From an uncultured Clostridiaceae bacterium (GTDB taxonomy: Bacteria; Bacillota; Clostridia; TANB77; CAG-508), in assembly GCA_946998225.1 (NCBI GenBank), contig CAMPYH010000001.1:162428-226427 (forward strand): a DNA stretch of 64,000 bases, read 5' to 3'. Under the pieces are notes generated by a model that ran no database searches, was not told where the DNA came from, and saw only the letters and a list, made by a program, of their open reading frames with translations. The position numbers and the translations under genes are program-made. Of the stretch, positions 9,612-19,887 are shown in pieces (position 1 is the first letter of the stretch; each line of letters starts with the position of its first letter).

Positions 9612-11906
9612 ATGGATTTATTAAAAGAATTAAACGAAAAACAAAAAGAAGCCTTATTAAAAGTTAATGGCCCTGTTTTAATAATAGCAGGTGCTGGATC
9701 AGGGAAAACTAAAGTTTTAACTAGCAAAATCGCATATATATTAGAAGAAGGTTATTGCATGCCATGGGAAATACTTGCAATAACATTTACAAATAAAGCA
9801 GCAAATGAAATGAAAGAAAGAGTAGAAGAGCTTGTTGGGGTAAATGCCAATGATATCTGGATAGGAACATTTCATAAGATCTGTATGCGAATTTTAAGAA
9901 AAAATATTTCATATGTTGGTTATGATAGTAATTTTGTAATTTATGACACAACAGATCAAAGATCAGTTGTTGAAGAAGTTATGAATGAACTTGAAATAAG
10001 CCCTAAGGAATTTGATAAAAGAGCTTTTGCATCAGCAATTTCAAATAATAAAAATAATTTAATTACACCAGAAATGGCAGTAGAAAAAGCTGAAGGTAAG
10101 AGAGAAGAAATATATGCAAATGTATATAAAAATTATCAATTAAGATTAAAAAGAAACAATGCTTTAGATTTTGACGATATTATTAATCTTACAATAAAAC
10201 TTTTTAAAGAAAATCCAGATATACTGGGATATTACCAAGAAAAATTTAAATATGTTTTTGTAGATGAGTACCAAGATACAAATAAAGCGCAATTTTTATT
10301 AATAAAAATGATTACAGAAAAACATAGAAATGTAACTGTGGTAGGAGATAATGATCAAGGAATATATTCATTTAGAGGTGCAGATATTTCAAATATCTTA
10401 GATTTTGAAAAAGACTATAAAGATGCACAAGTTGTGTATTTGGAACAAAATTATAGATCAACAAAAAATATTTTAAATCTTGCAAATGAGATAATAAATT
10501 CTGAAAAATTTGGAGCAAAATCTAAATTTGAAAAAAATCTTTGGACAGATAATACCGTAGGAGATATCCCAAAACATAGAACTGTTCAAACAGGTTATGA
10601 TGAAGCAAACTTTATATCTAAGACTATTAGGGAACTAAAAATTAGTAATGGTTATTCAAATTCAGACTTTGCAATATTATATAGAATAAATGCATTATCT
10701 AGAGTTATAGAGTCTACTCTTACAAGAGATAGAATACCTTCACAAGTAATTGGAGGACAAAAATTCTTTGAAAGAGAAGAAATTAAAGATGCTCTTGCAT
10801 ATTTAAAAGTTATAGATAATCCAAAAGATGATGTTGCATTTAGAAGAATAATAAATAAGCCTGCAAGAGGAATGGGACAAAAAGCTTTAGATGATATAAA
10901 AAATGTATCTGATCAAGTTGGCCTTTCAATGTATGAAGTTCTAAAAAATGCAACACAATATGGCCTTGAAAAACATTATGCAAAAGCAGCAATAGGCGGA
11001 TTTTTCCCTGTAATGACAAATGCTGAAAAATTAAAAGAAGATGAAAATGTTAAAATTTCAGAAATACTTCAAATGGTTCTTGAGCAATCTGGATACCTTC
11101 AAAAATTAGAAGAAGATAAATCAGATAAGTCATTAAGTAGAGTAAAAAACTTAGAAGAGTTAATGGATTCAATTATTGAATATGAAACAGAAGAGGCAGA
11201 TGTAAGTCTTAGAAACTATCTAGAATCTGTTTCTCTTGCAACAGATACAGATAAATTAGATGAGGAAGATGGAAAAGTTACACTTATGACACTTCATAGT
11301 TCAAAAGGACTTGAATATCCCGTTGTATTTATGATTGGAATGGAAGAAGGAACATTTCCAAGTGATACAGCAATAAAAGAAGGAAACCTGGATGAAGAAC
11401 AAAGGCTTTGTTATGTTGGAATGACAAGAGCAAAGGAAAAACTTTTCTTAACAAGTGTTGTTTCAAGGAAATTATATAATAGAACACAACAAAGTATGCC
11501 ATCAAGATTTGTTGAAAATGCTTCAGATAAGCTTTTAGAAAAAACAGAAGATGATAATGTGTTTGGAAATATATTTGGAAATATTTATGGAAATAATGAA
11601 GGGGAATTCTTATACAAAAAACCTAAAAGACAAACAGTATTTAATATTGATGAAATTCAAACACAAAAGAAACCAAAAGATTTAGATATAAAAGATTTTA
11701 TGAGATCAATTGATGTTAAGAATAAAGAAGTAGATATTAGTAAATATAAAATTGGAACAAAAGTAATGCACAAAAAATTTGGAATAGGTAAAATTGTATC
11801 AATTGAACCTGAGGCAAATGATAATATAATAACAATTGAGTTTGAAAATATAGGAATTAAAAAACTAATGCTTAAATATGCAAATTTAGAAATAGTTGAA
11901 GAGTAG
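9612..11906 (+). CDS. pcrA: ATP-dependent DNA helicase PcrA/UvrD family
   Basis: 764 aa. Walker A AGAGSGKT, motifs DEYQDTN and a helicase C-terminal region VTLMTLHSSKGLEYPVVF. Confidence 0.9.
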   Translation: MDLLKELNEKQKEALLKVNGPVLIIAGAGSGKTKVLTSKIAYILEEGYCMPWEILAITFTNKAANEMKERVEELVGVNANDIWIGTFHKICMRILRKNISYVGYDSNFVIYDTTDQRSVVEEVMNELEISPKEFDKRAFASAISNNKNNLITPEMAVEKAEGKREEIYANVYKNYQLRLKRNNALDFDDIINLTIKLFKENPDILGYYQEKFKYVFVDEYQDTNKAQFLLIKMITEKHRNVTVVGDNDQGIYSFRGADISNILDFEKDYKDAQVVYLEQNYRSTKNILNLANEIINSEKFGAKSKFEKNLWTDNTVGDIPKHRTVQTGYDEANFISKTIRELKISNGYSNSDFAILYRINALSRVIESTLTRDRIPSQVIGGQKFFEREEIKDALAYLKVIDNPKDDVAFRRIINKPARGMGQKALDDIKNVSDQVGLSMYEVLKNATQYGLEKHYAKAAIGGFFPVMTNAEKLKEDENVKISEILQMVLEQSGYLQKLEEDKSDKSLSRVKNLEELMDSIIEYETEEADVSLRNYLESVSLATDTDKLDEEDGKVTLMTLHSSKGLEYPVVFMIGMEEGTFPSDTAIKEGNLDEEQRLCYVGMTRAKEKLFLTSVVSRKLYNRTQQSMPSRFVENASDKLLEKTEDDNVFGNIFGNIYGNNEGEFLYKKPKRQTVFNIDEIQTQKKPKDLDIKDFMRSIDVKNKEVDISKYKIGTKVMHKKFGIGKIVSIEPEANDNIITIEFENIGIKKLMLKYANLEIVEE

Positions 11907-11966
11907 AAAGATGGAAGAAATAGAATTAAAACACGGATATAAATATGTAAATCAAAAAGATGAAAA

Positions 11967-12431
11967 GTGGCAAAATATTCTTATGCAGGCCAAAAACCGG
12001 AAAACAATGCATGTGGTCCATTTGTTTTGAAAATGGTTTTAGATATTTTTACAGAAAAAAATGTAGAATTAGTAGAGCTTTTTAAAAAAGGTGAAGGAAA
12101 ATATTATACAGATGAAGGAACAGAGTGGGAATATTTTAAAGAAGTAGGAGAACCTTATGGAATTAAAGTTCAAGAGCTTTTACCAGATGAAAAAATATTA
12201 AAAGAAGCGATTTAAAATGGTAATTTGGTTATTCTTTCACAAAACAATAAATTAGATAATTATTGGACAACTGCAGGACATTATATACTTCTTGTAAAAG
12301 AAATTATAAAAGATGGAAAAGAAAAATATTTAGTACTTGATCCTGCATCTAGAGAAAGAACAGATAAAGAATATGATTTTGACCAAATATTTATACCTTG
12401 TAAAAGAATGTGGATAATTTCAAAAAATTAA
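11967..12431 (+). pseudogene. C39-like (papain-fold) cysteine peptidase domain gene, disrupted by an in-frame TAA at 12213-12215 and by an upstream frameshift
   Basis: ORF 11967-12215 (GTG start) carries the Q...C catalytic motif YAGQKPENNACGPFVLKMVL. ORF 12225-12431 lies in the same frame after TAA-NGN and carries the His/Asp part (AGHYILLVKE...LVLDPAS). A 39-codon ORF starts at ATG 11911 with an RBS but in another frame, and overlaps the domain start. Confidence 0.5.
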
Positions 12432-12515
12432 AAATTGTAAAAAAAACCATATATATAATATAATAGGAAAGAAATTTAAGAACAAAACAATATAATAACA
12501 AATGAAAGGAATAAT

Positions 12516-14087
12516 ATGCTTACAGTAAATAATGTAACTTTAAGATTTGGATCTAGAGTATTATTTGAAGATGTGAATTTAAAACTAGATAAAGGTAATT
12601 GCTATGGAGTAATTGGTGCAAATGGTGCTGGAAAATCTACATTTTTAAAAATAATTTCTGGAGAAATAGAACCAAGTAAAGGAGATGTTTCACTTGCTCC
12701 TAAAAAAAGAATGTCTATATTAAAACAAGATCACTTTGCATATGATAATTATACAGTTCTAGAAACAGTTATAATGGGTAATAGTGAATTATATAAAATA
12801 ATGAAAGAAAAGGATGCTATTTATTCAAAACCAGATTTTGATGAAAAAGATGGAATGAAAGCAGCAAAACTTGAAGAAAGATTTGCGGAACTTGATGGAT
12901 GGAATGCAGAAACTGATGCACTTAAACTTTTAAGTGATCTTAATATTTCAAATGACAAAAAAGATGTTTTAATGAAAAATATGGAATCACAAGAAAAAGT
13001 AAAAGTACTTCTTGCAAATGCACTTTTTGGAAATCCAGATTTATTACTTCTTGATGAGCCTACAAACGATCTAGATCAAGAAACTATTCATTGGCTTCAA
13101 GATTTTTTAATAGATTATGAAAATACAGTAGTTGTAGTATCACATGATAGATATTTTTTAAATAAAGTTTGTACACATATACTTGATATAGATTATGGAA
13201 AGATCAAACTTTTCCCAGGAAATTATGATTTCTGGTATCAATCATCACAACTTCTTTTAAAACAAGCAAAAGAACAAAACAAGAAAAAAGAAGATAAAAT
13301 AAAAGAACTTCAAGCTTTTATTCAAAGATTTAGTGCAAACCTTTCTAAATCAAGACAAGCAACATCAAGAAAAAAATCACTTGAAAAAATTGAACTTGAA
13401 GAAATAAAACCTTCAAATAGAAGATATCCATATATAGATTTTAAACCAGAAAGAGAAGCAGGAGCGCAAATATTAGAGGTAAAAAAACTATCTTCAGAAA
13501 ATAATGAATTAAAAAATATAAATTTCAAACTTGAAAATGGAGATAAAGTTGTTGTTAAAGCAAAAGATGAAACAAAAATTACTCTTCTTTTTGATATACT
13601 AGCAGGAAAAGTTGAAAAATATAATGGCGAATTTAAATATGGACAAACAATTACTTCAGAATATGTTCCGAAAGATAATGCACAATTTTTCAATACAAAT
13701 GAAAATTTAGTAAATTGGCTTAGACAATATTCTAAAGAAAAAGATGAAACATATATTAGGAGTTTCTTGGGAAGAATGCTTTTTTCAGGAGAAGAAGCTT
13801 TAAAAGAAGCAAATGTTTTATCTGGTGGGGAAAAAGTAAGATGTATGTTTTCAAAAGCTATGCTTTCTGGAGCAAATCTTTTAATACTTGATGAACCGAC
13901 TAACCATCTAGACATGGAGTCAATTACAGCTCTTAATGAAGCTTTAAAGAATTTTAAAGGTGTTTTACTTTTTTCAACACATGACCATGAACTTGCTCAA
14001 ACTGTTGCAAATAAAGTAATTGAAATAACAGATGATGGTGTAAAAGTTTTTGAAGGTACATATAACAACTATCTAGGAGAAAAATAA
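12516..14087 (+). CDS. ABC-F family ATPase (two tandem ABC domains, no TMD)
   Basis: 523 aa with two Walker A motifs (GANGAGKST; second domain present), ABC signature LSGGEKVR and an inter-domain linker. Confidence 0.85.
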   Translation: MLTVNNVTLRFGSRVLFEDVNLKLDKGNCYGVIGANGAGKSTFLKIISGEIEPSKGDVSLAPKKRMSILKQDHFAYDNYTVLETVIMGNSELYKIMKEKDAIYSKPDFDEKDGMKAAKLEERFAELDGWNAETDALKLLSDLNISNDKKDVLMKNMESQEKVKVLLANALFGNPDLLLLDEPTNDLDQETIHWLQDFLIDYENTVVVVSHDRYFLNKVCTHILDIDYGKIKLFPGNYDFWYQSSQLLLKQAKEQNKKKEDKIKELQAFIQRFSANLSKSRQATSRKKSLEKIELEEIKPSNRRYPYIDFKPEREAGAQILEVKKLSSENNELKNINFKLENGDKVVVKAKDETKITLLFDILAGKVEKYNGEFKYGQTITSEYVPKDNAQFFNTNENLVNWLRQYSKEKDETYIRSFLGRMLFSGEEALKEANVLSGGEKVRCMFSKAMLSGANLLILDEPTNHLDMESITALNEALKNFKGVLLFSTHDHELAQTVANKVIEITDDGVKVFEGTYNNYLGEK

Positions 14088-14968
14088 TGGATAGAATACA
14101 AATATATATATTTCAAAAAAGAGAAAAACAAAAAGTTTGGACTAATTTAAATTTACATGTAAAAGATTTTGTAATTTATGATGATGGTGAAGATAAATAT
14201 GTTGCAGTAGTAGAAAAAACATATAAAGATTTACCTAAAGAAGATGTTAATAATAATTTTAAGTTAAAAGATTTTAATCAAAATGAAAAAGACAATAATA
14301 AAGAAAAACATCAAAAAAATAAGCAAGAAAAAAAGGCAGAATGTATACAAAAATTAGATAAAAAACAATTAGATAATTATCTTAAGAATCAACTTAAATT
14401 AAGTAAAAATTTTAAAGAAATATTAGAAGTAATAAAAAAACATAAACTTGATTTAAAACTTGTTGATTTAGAAAGTAATTATCTAAATAATAAATTAAAA
14501 ATATTTTATACATCTGACGATAGAGTAGATTTCAGAGAATGTGTAAAAGATTTGGCTAAAAAATTTAAAACCAGAATAGAAATGGTACAAATTTCAGAAG
14601 CAGAAGAAATAATGCGTGAAGGTGGTTTTGGAAAATGTGGAAGACAACTTTGTTGTGTTAGTTTTCTTGCAAAACCATTAAGTACAAGTATTAAAATGGC
14701 TAAAAACCAAGATCTATCTATAATTATAGACAAATTATCTGGAAAATGTGGAAAACTTATGTGCTGTCTTCAATATGAAAATGATGTATATACAGAAAAA
14801 AGAGAAATATTACCTAAAGAAGGTGAAATATTTAGAACCAAAGAAGGTGAAGGCGAAGTTGTTTATGTAGATATTTTATCTGAAGTAGTAAAGTTAAAAT
14901 TTATAGATGAAAATTCGGATGATGTATTCTATAAAAAATATAAATATAAAGATTTAATTAAAGAATAA
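14087..14968 (+). CDS. ricT: PSP1 C-terminal domain protein (RicT/YaaT family)
   Basis: Paired cysteine motifs GKCGRQLCC and GKCGKLMCC are typical of PSP1/YaaT. The start overlaps the ABC-F stop (TAATG). Confidence 0.7.
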   Translation: MDRIQIYIFQKREKQKVWTNLNLHVKDFVIYDDGEDKYVAVVEKTYKDLPKEDVNNNFKLKDFNQNEKDNNKEKHQKNKQEKKAECIQKLDKKQLDNYLKNQLKLSKNFKEILEVIKKHKLDLKLVDLESNYLNNKLKIFYTSDDRVDFRECVKDLAKKFKTRIEMVQISEAEEIMREGGFGKCGRQLCCVSFLAKPLSTSIKMAKNQDLSIIIDKLSGKCGKLMCCLQYENDVYTEKREILPKEGEIFRTKEGEGEVVYVDILSEVVKLKFIDENSDDVFYKKYKYKDLIKE

Positions 14969-15033
14969 TTAAAACAATGTAGATTTTGCTTTTAAAAGTA
15001 TATATTTAATAAAAATATTAATAAAGGAAAAAA

Positions 15034-15822
15034 ATGTTACAATTTTTAGCATATATTTTTATGTTTATTGATCATATCTGTAAATTTTTGCAAATAAAAG
15101 GATTTGAGAATATTAACCCTATTATAGGAACTCTTTCATTTCCAATATTTGCATATATAACAGCAAGATCTCTTAAATGTACAAAAAATAAAGATAAATA
15201 CTTATTAAGATTAATGATATTTTCATTTGTATCACAAATACCAATGATTCTTATGATATTTGGTAGTCCAAATACAAAAAATATTATTAAATTTTCAGAT
15301 AAGATAATGTATTTAATTATGTTTTTTACACAAAAACTAAATATAGGATTTACTCTTACACTTGGAGTATTAACAATTAAGATGATGGAGAAAAATAAAG
15401 ACAATATTTTAAATAGAGTAATCTTTTTGTTAATCTTTTTAATAGTAAGTGTTCTTTTAAATGTAGACTATGGTCTATATGGAGTGGCATTAGTCGTTAT
15501 GTTTTACTATATTAAGAAATTACCATATTTGTTTTTTATGATGGTTTTAATAAATACATTAAATTTAGTAGTAAACCATTTATATGGAAATCTTAATAAA
15601 GAAATACAAGTAATCATGAATATGCATATACTTTACGGAATATTATCTTTACCATTTATATATTTATTAGGTATAAAAATGGAAAAAAAGGCAAAAGGTA
15701 AAAATAAAAAAGTAAAAGATGATAAAAAACAAAAAACTGTATCAAGAGTATTAAAATATAGTATTTATCCTGTGCATATGCTAGTTATATATTTATTAAA
15801 TGTATTTAATGTACTTATGTAA
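15034..15822 (+). CDS. TraX-family membrane protein
   Basis: MLQFLAYIFMFIDHI... the TraX-family N-terminal (F)IDH motif; 262 aa, polytopic. Confidence 0.6.
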   Translation: MLQFLAYIFMFIDHICKFLQIKGFENINPIIGTLSFPIFAYITARSLKCTKNKDKYLLRLMIFSFVSQIPMILMIFGSPNTKNIIKFSDKIMYLIMFFTQKLNIGFTLTLGVLTIKMMEKNKDNILNRVIFLLIFLIVSVLLNVDYGLYGVALVVMFYYIKKLPYLFFMMVLINTLNLVVNHLYGNLNKEIQVIMNMHILYGILSLPFIYLLGIKMEKKAKGKNKKVKDDKKQKTVSRVLKYSIYPVHMLVIYLLNVFNVLM

Positions 15823-15835
15823 AATTTGATAAAAA

Positions 15836-15862
15836 GGAAGCGCAAAAGCGCTTTTTTATTTT
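15836..15862 (+). terminator. Rho-independent terminator
   Basis: AAGCGC-aaaa-GCGCTT followed by TTTTTTATTTTT. Confidence 0.8.
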
Positions 15863-15903
15863 TCAAAAAAATGCAAAGACAAGCGTGCGTAAGGAGTTTT
15901 GGT

Positions 15904-15932
15904 TTGACTTAATAGAGTATAACTTATAATAT
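15904..15932 (+). promoter_or_regulatory. Sigma-A promoter
   Basis: TTGACT - 17 nt - TAATAT (TATAAT also possible with a 15-nt spacer). Confidence 0.5.
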
Positions 15933-15959
15933 ATTAATATGAAAATATTTGGAGGAAAG

Positions 15960-18900
15960 ATGAATTTTGAAGAATTAACAGAATTAATAAAAAGATATAA
16001 TCAAGAATATTTATTAAAAAAATATAATGAATTCAAGAAAGAAGATAAAGAAAAAGCAGAAGAATTTTTAAATGAAATAAATAGAATAGACTTTCCATTA
16101 ATGAAAAGTCTTTATGATAATGCATTATTAAATGAGGATGCAGATAAAAAATTAGAAATAGAACCTGTTGAATATACAGATAAAGAAAAAATGACTTATT
16201 CTGAAAAGGAAAAATATATTGCAAAAGGTAAAAATCTTTTAAAAGAAGGTAAACTTGCAGCTGTTACAATGGCTGGTGGACAAGGCACAAGACTTGGACA
16301 TAATAAACCTAAAGGAACATATGATTTTGGAGTTAATAAATCTCTTTTTGAAATCTTTTGTGATAATTTAAAAGAAACTTTTAGGAAAGTTGGTTCATAT
16401 ACACATTGGTATATAATGACAAGTAGAGAAAATAACAAAGATACTATTGATTTCTTTGAAGAGAATGATTATTTTGGATATCCAAAAAATTATATACACT
16501 TTTTCATTCAAGATGAATTACCTATGATGGGTGAAGATGGAGCAATTTTACTAGATGAGCATGAACATATTAAATTTGCAGCTGATGGACATGGTGGCAC
16601 ATTATATGCAATGGAAAAAAGTGGAATAATTGATGAAATGAATAAATATGGTGTTGAATACATATTTATTAGTGGAGTAGACAATTGTTTAGCAAACCCA
16701 ACAGACCCACTATTTATTGGATTTGCAAAAGATGCAAATGCAGATATAGTTGTAAAGTCAATTGAGAAAATAGATCCTAAAGAAAATGTAGGAGTTTTCT
16801 GTAAGAAAAATGGTAAAATAGGTGTTGTTGAATATTCAGAAATTTCAGAAAAAATGGCAAATTTAAAAGATGATTATGGATCACTTGTATATGGAGATTC
16901 AAACTCACTTTTACATATTTTTTCAATAAATATATTAAACGAATTAACTAGAAAACCTATTCCATACCATACAGCACATAAAAAAGCTAGTTATATAAAT
17001 AAAGATGGAAAAATAATTCATCCTGAAGAACCTAATGCATTTAAGTTTGAAAGATTTATATTTGATGCATTTGAAAAAACAGATAATATTAAAATCTTAA
17101 GAGTTCAAAGAGAAGATGAATTTGCTCCTTTAAAAAACAAAATTGGACAAGATAGTCCTAAAACAGCAAAAAAACTATATTTAGAACATTTAACAAAAAC
17201 AAGAGCATATGACAGATATGATGAGTGGTTAAATGATTCAGCAATAGATAATCTTACTAAAGAAGAGTTAAGAAATATTAAAGAAAATGATTATGAAATC
17301 CGTGATAGATTTTATAAAGAATTAGAATTTGGAACAGCTGGATTAAGAGGAATAATTGGAGCTGGAACAAATAGAATGAATAAATATACTGTAGCAAAGG
17401 CTACACAAGGTATTGCAAACTACATTATAAAGAATAAATTAGATAAAAAACCAGTAGTTATTGCTTATGATGTAAGAAGATTTTCGAAAGAATTTGCAGA
17501 TATTACAGCAAGATGTTTTAATGCAAATGGTATAAAAACATATATATTTAAATCGATAGAACCTGTACCAATGCTTTCATTTTCAACTAGACAAATGGAT
17601 GCAGTAGCAGGAATTATGATAACAGCAAGTCATAACCCACCAGAATACAATGGATATAAAGTATTTTGGTCAAAAGGATCACAAATCGTAGGAAAAGTGG
17701 GAGATAAGATAACAGAAGCTGTAAATGATGTAAATAGTTTTTCAGATATTAAAACAATAAGTCTGGAAAAAGCAAAAGAAGAAAAATTATATATTGAATT
17801 GGGTGATTCTCTTTCAAATCAATTTATGAGAAATGTACAAGCATTTATGATAAATGATGAAAAATTAAAAGATGAAAAAGAAAAAATAAAAATAGTATAT
17901 TCACCTATTCATGGAACAGGTATCGTACACATACCAAAGCTTTTTGAAAAAATGGGATATAAAAATGTATATATAGTTCCAGAACAAGAAATGCCAAATG
18001 CATATTTCCCAACTGTAGAAAAGCCAAATCCAGAAGAGATTAGAGCAAATGATATGGCTATAAATTTAGCTAAAAAAATAGATGCAGATTATACCATTAC
18101 TACAGACCCAGATACAGATAGAATTGGAATAAGTGTTAGAGATAAATCAGGACAATATGTAATGCTTAGTGGAAATGAAATGGGAATATTATTTACAGAT
18201 TATGTACTTTCTCAAAAAGCAAAAAAAGATGAATTAAAAGATAATTCTGTAGTTATATCAACAGTTGTTTCAACAAGACTTACAAAAGAAATTGCTAATA
18301 AATATAATGTTAAATATTTAACTACACTTACTGGATTTAAATATATTGGAGAGTTAATAAATCAATTTGAAGAAGAAAAAACTTTAAATTTCCAATTTGG
18401 ATTTGAAGAAAGTTATGGATATCTTTATGGAACAAATGCAAGAGACAAAGATGCAGTTTCTGCAACAATGCTTGCTGCTGAAATGTTCGCATATTACAAA
18501 AAGGATAATAAAACATTACTAGATAGATTAGAAGAAATATATAAAGAATTTGGATATTATATTTCAATAAATGAACAATTAATTTTAACAGGTGAAGAGG
18601 GACAAGAAAAAATTTCAGATATAATGAATGCGTTAAGAAGAAAACCTATTACAGAAATTGATGGAATAAAGACAAAAATAATAAGAGATTATAAGACTTC
18701 AGAAAACATAAATTTATTAACAAATGAAAAAGGAAAAGAAGATCTTCCTAAATCTAATGTTATACTTTATGAAATGGAAGATGGATCATGGTTTGCTGTA
18801 AGACCTTCAGGTACTGAACCAAAATTAAAATTCTATTGTGAAGTAAAAGGAAAAACAGAATCTGAAGCAAAAGAAAAATCTAAGAAGTTAAAATATGAGA

Positions 18901-18968
18901 TTAGCAAAATTAAAAGTTTAGCAGATGATTCAGATAAAACAAAGATTGTAATGTCTAAAAAGAAATAA
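15960..18968 (+). CDS. Bifunctional fusion: UDP-sugar pyrophosphorylase (UDPGP/UAP1 family) plus alpha-D-phosphohexomutase (PGM/PMM family)
   Basis: The N-terminal half has LAAVTMAGGQGTRLGHNKPKG (UDPGP family nucleotide-binding loop). The C-terminal half starts FGTAGLRG and contains the phosphoserine loop TASHNP. It is one uninterrupted frame. The start is chosen at ATG 15960 (RBS GGAGG); the ORF track begins at 15939. Confidence 0.75.
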   Translation: MNFEELTELIKRYNQEYLLKKYNEFKKEDKEKAEEFLNEINRIDFPLMKSLYDNALLNEDADKKLEIEPVEYTDKEKMTYSEKEKYIAKGKNLLKEGKLAAVTMAGGQGTRLGHNKPKGTYDFGVNKSLFEIFCDNLKETFRKVGSYTHWYIMTSRENNKDTIDFFEENDYFGYPKNYIHFFIQDELPMMGEDGAILLDEHEHIKFAADGHGGTLYAMEKSGIIDEMNKYGVEYIFISGVDNCLANPTDPLFIGFAKDANADIVVKSIEKIDPKENVGVFCKKNGKIGVVEYSEISEKMANLKDDYGSLVYGDSNSLLHIFSINILNELTRKPIPYHTAHKKASYINKDGKIIHPEEPNAFKFERFIFDAFEKTDNIKILRVQREDEFAPLKNKIGQDSPKTAKKLYLEHLTKTRAYDRYDEWLNDSAIDNLTKEELRNIKENDYEIRDRFYKELEFGTAGLRGIIGAGTNRMNKYTVAKATQGIANYIIKNKLDKKPVVIAYDVRRFSKEFADITARCFNANGIKTYIFKSIEPVPMLSFSTRQMDAVAGIMITASHNPPEYNGYKVFWSKGSQIVGKVGDKITEAVNDVNSFSDIKTISLEKAKEEKLYIELGDSLSNQFMRNVQAFMINDEKLKDEKEKIKIVYSPIHGTGIVHIPKLFEKMGYKNVYIVPEQEMPNAYFPTVEKPNPEEIRANDMAINLAKKIDADYTITTDPDTDRIGISVRDKSGQYVMLSGNEMGILFTDYVLSQKAKKDELKDNSVVISTVVSTRLTKEIANKYNVKYLTTLTGFKYIGELINQFEEEKTLNFQFGFEESYGYLYGTNARDKDAVSATMLAAEMFAYYKKDNKTLLDRLEEIYKEFGYYISINEQLILTGEEGQEKISDIMNALRRKPITEIDGIKTKIIRDYKTSENINLLTNEKGKEDLPKSNVILYEMEDGSWFAVRPSGTEPKLKFYCEVKGKTESEAKEKSKKLKYEISKIKSLADDSDKTKIVMSKKK

Positions 18969-18992
18969 AAAAAGGCCATTGGCCTTTTTTTA
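18969..18992 (+). terminator. Rho-independent terminator
   Basis: AAAGGCC-att-GGCCTTT followed by TTTTTTT. Confidence 0.85.
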
Positions 18993-19127
18993 TTATATAA
19001 TTCTTTTAAAATAATTCTTTTGAAATTGAATTTTAAAAATACGTAAATAAAATGAAAAATATAATACATATACGAAACTTCATAGCAAATTAAATTGTAT
19101 TATGGTAAAATTAGTTAGGAGTAAAAT

Positions 19128-19880
19128 ATGAAATTAATAAGCTGGAATGTAAACGGAATAAGAGCAGTATCTAATAAAGGTTTTTGGGATTATTTTGAGA
19201 AAGAAAATGCAGATATTTTTTGCATCCAAGAAACAAAAATGCAAGAAGGACAAATGGATCTTGAAAAAGATGGATATCATGTGTATTTAAATAGTGCTGT
19301 AAAAAAAGGATATTCAGGTACAGCAATTTGGACAAAGAAAGAGCCAATAAGTGTTAAATATGGAATTGAAATAGAGGAGCATGATCAAGAAGGAAGAGTA
19401 ATTACATTAGAATTTGATAAATTCTTTTTAGTAAATGTATATACTCCAAATTCACAAAGAGAACTTGCTAGACTTTCATATAGAGTCGAATGGGAAAAAG
19501 ATTTTAGGGAATATTTAATTAATTTGGATAAGAAAAAACCAGTTATAATATGTGGAGATTTAAATGTTGCACATAATGAGATTGATCTTAAAAATCCAGC
19601 TACTAATCGAAAAAATGCTGGATTTACAGATGAAGAAAGAAATGAAATGACTAATCTTTTAAGTGCTGGATTTATTGATACATATAGATATTTATATCCT
19701 GAAAAAATAGAATATACATGGTGGTCATATATAACAAGAGCAAGAGAAAGAAATGCTGGATGGAGAATAGACTATTTTATTATTAGTGAAAGAATAAAAG
19801 ATAATTTAAAAGATGCTAGAATAAGACGGGATATTTTTGGAAGTGATCATTGTCCGGTAGAAATAGATATTGATTTGTAG
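19128..19880 (+). CDS. xth: Exodeoxyribonuclease III (AP endonuclease)
   Basis: [13 protein letters not shown]... 250-aa EEP-family ExoIII with C-terminal SDHCPV. Confidence 0.9.
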   Translation: MKLISWNVNGIRAVSNKGFWDYFEKENADIFCIQETKMQEGQMDLEKDGYHVYLNSAVKKGYSGTAIWTKKEPISVKYGIEIEEHDQEGRVITLEFDKFFLVNVYTPNSQRELARLSYRVEWEKDFREYLINLDKKKPVIICGDLNVAHNEIDLKNPATNRKNAGFTDEERNEMTNLLSAGFIDTYRYLYPEKIEYTWWSYITRARERNAGWRIDYFIISERIKDNLKDARIRRDIFGSDHCPVEIDIDL

Positions 19881-19887
19881 AGGTAAT

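Noticed and set aside
15034-15822. TraX-family gene as evidence of an integrated conjugative element, together with the VirD4-like gene 6.4 kb away.
   Set aside because: Housekeeping genes lie in between, and no relaxase, VirB4, VirB6 or integrase is present. TraX-family proteins occur as stand-alone chromosomal genes in Firmicutes.
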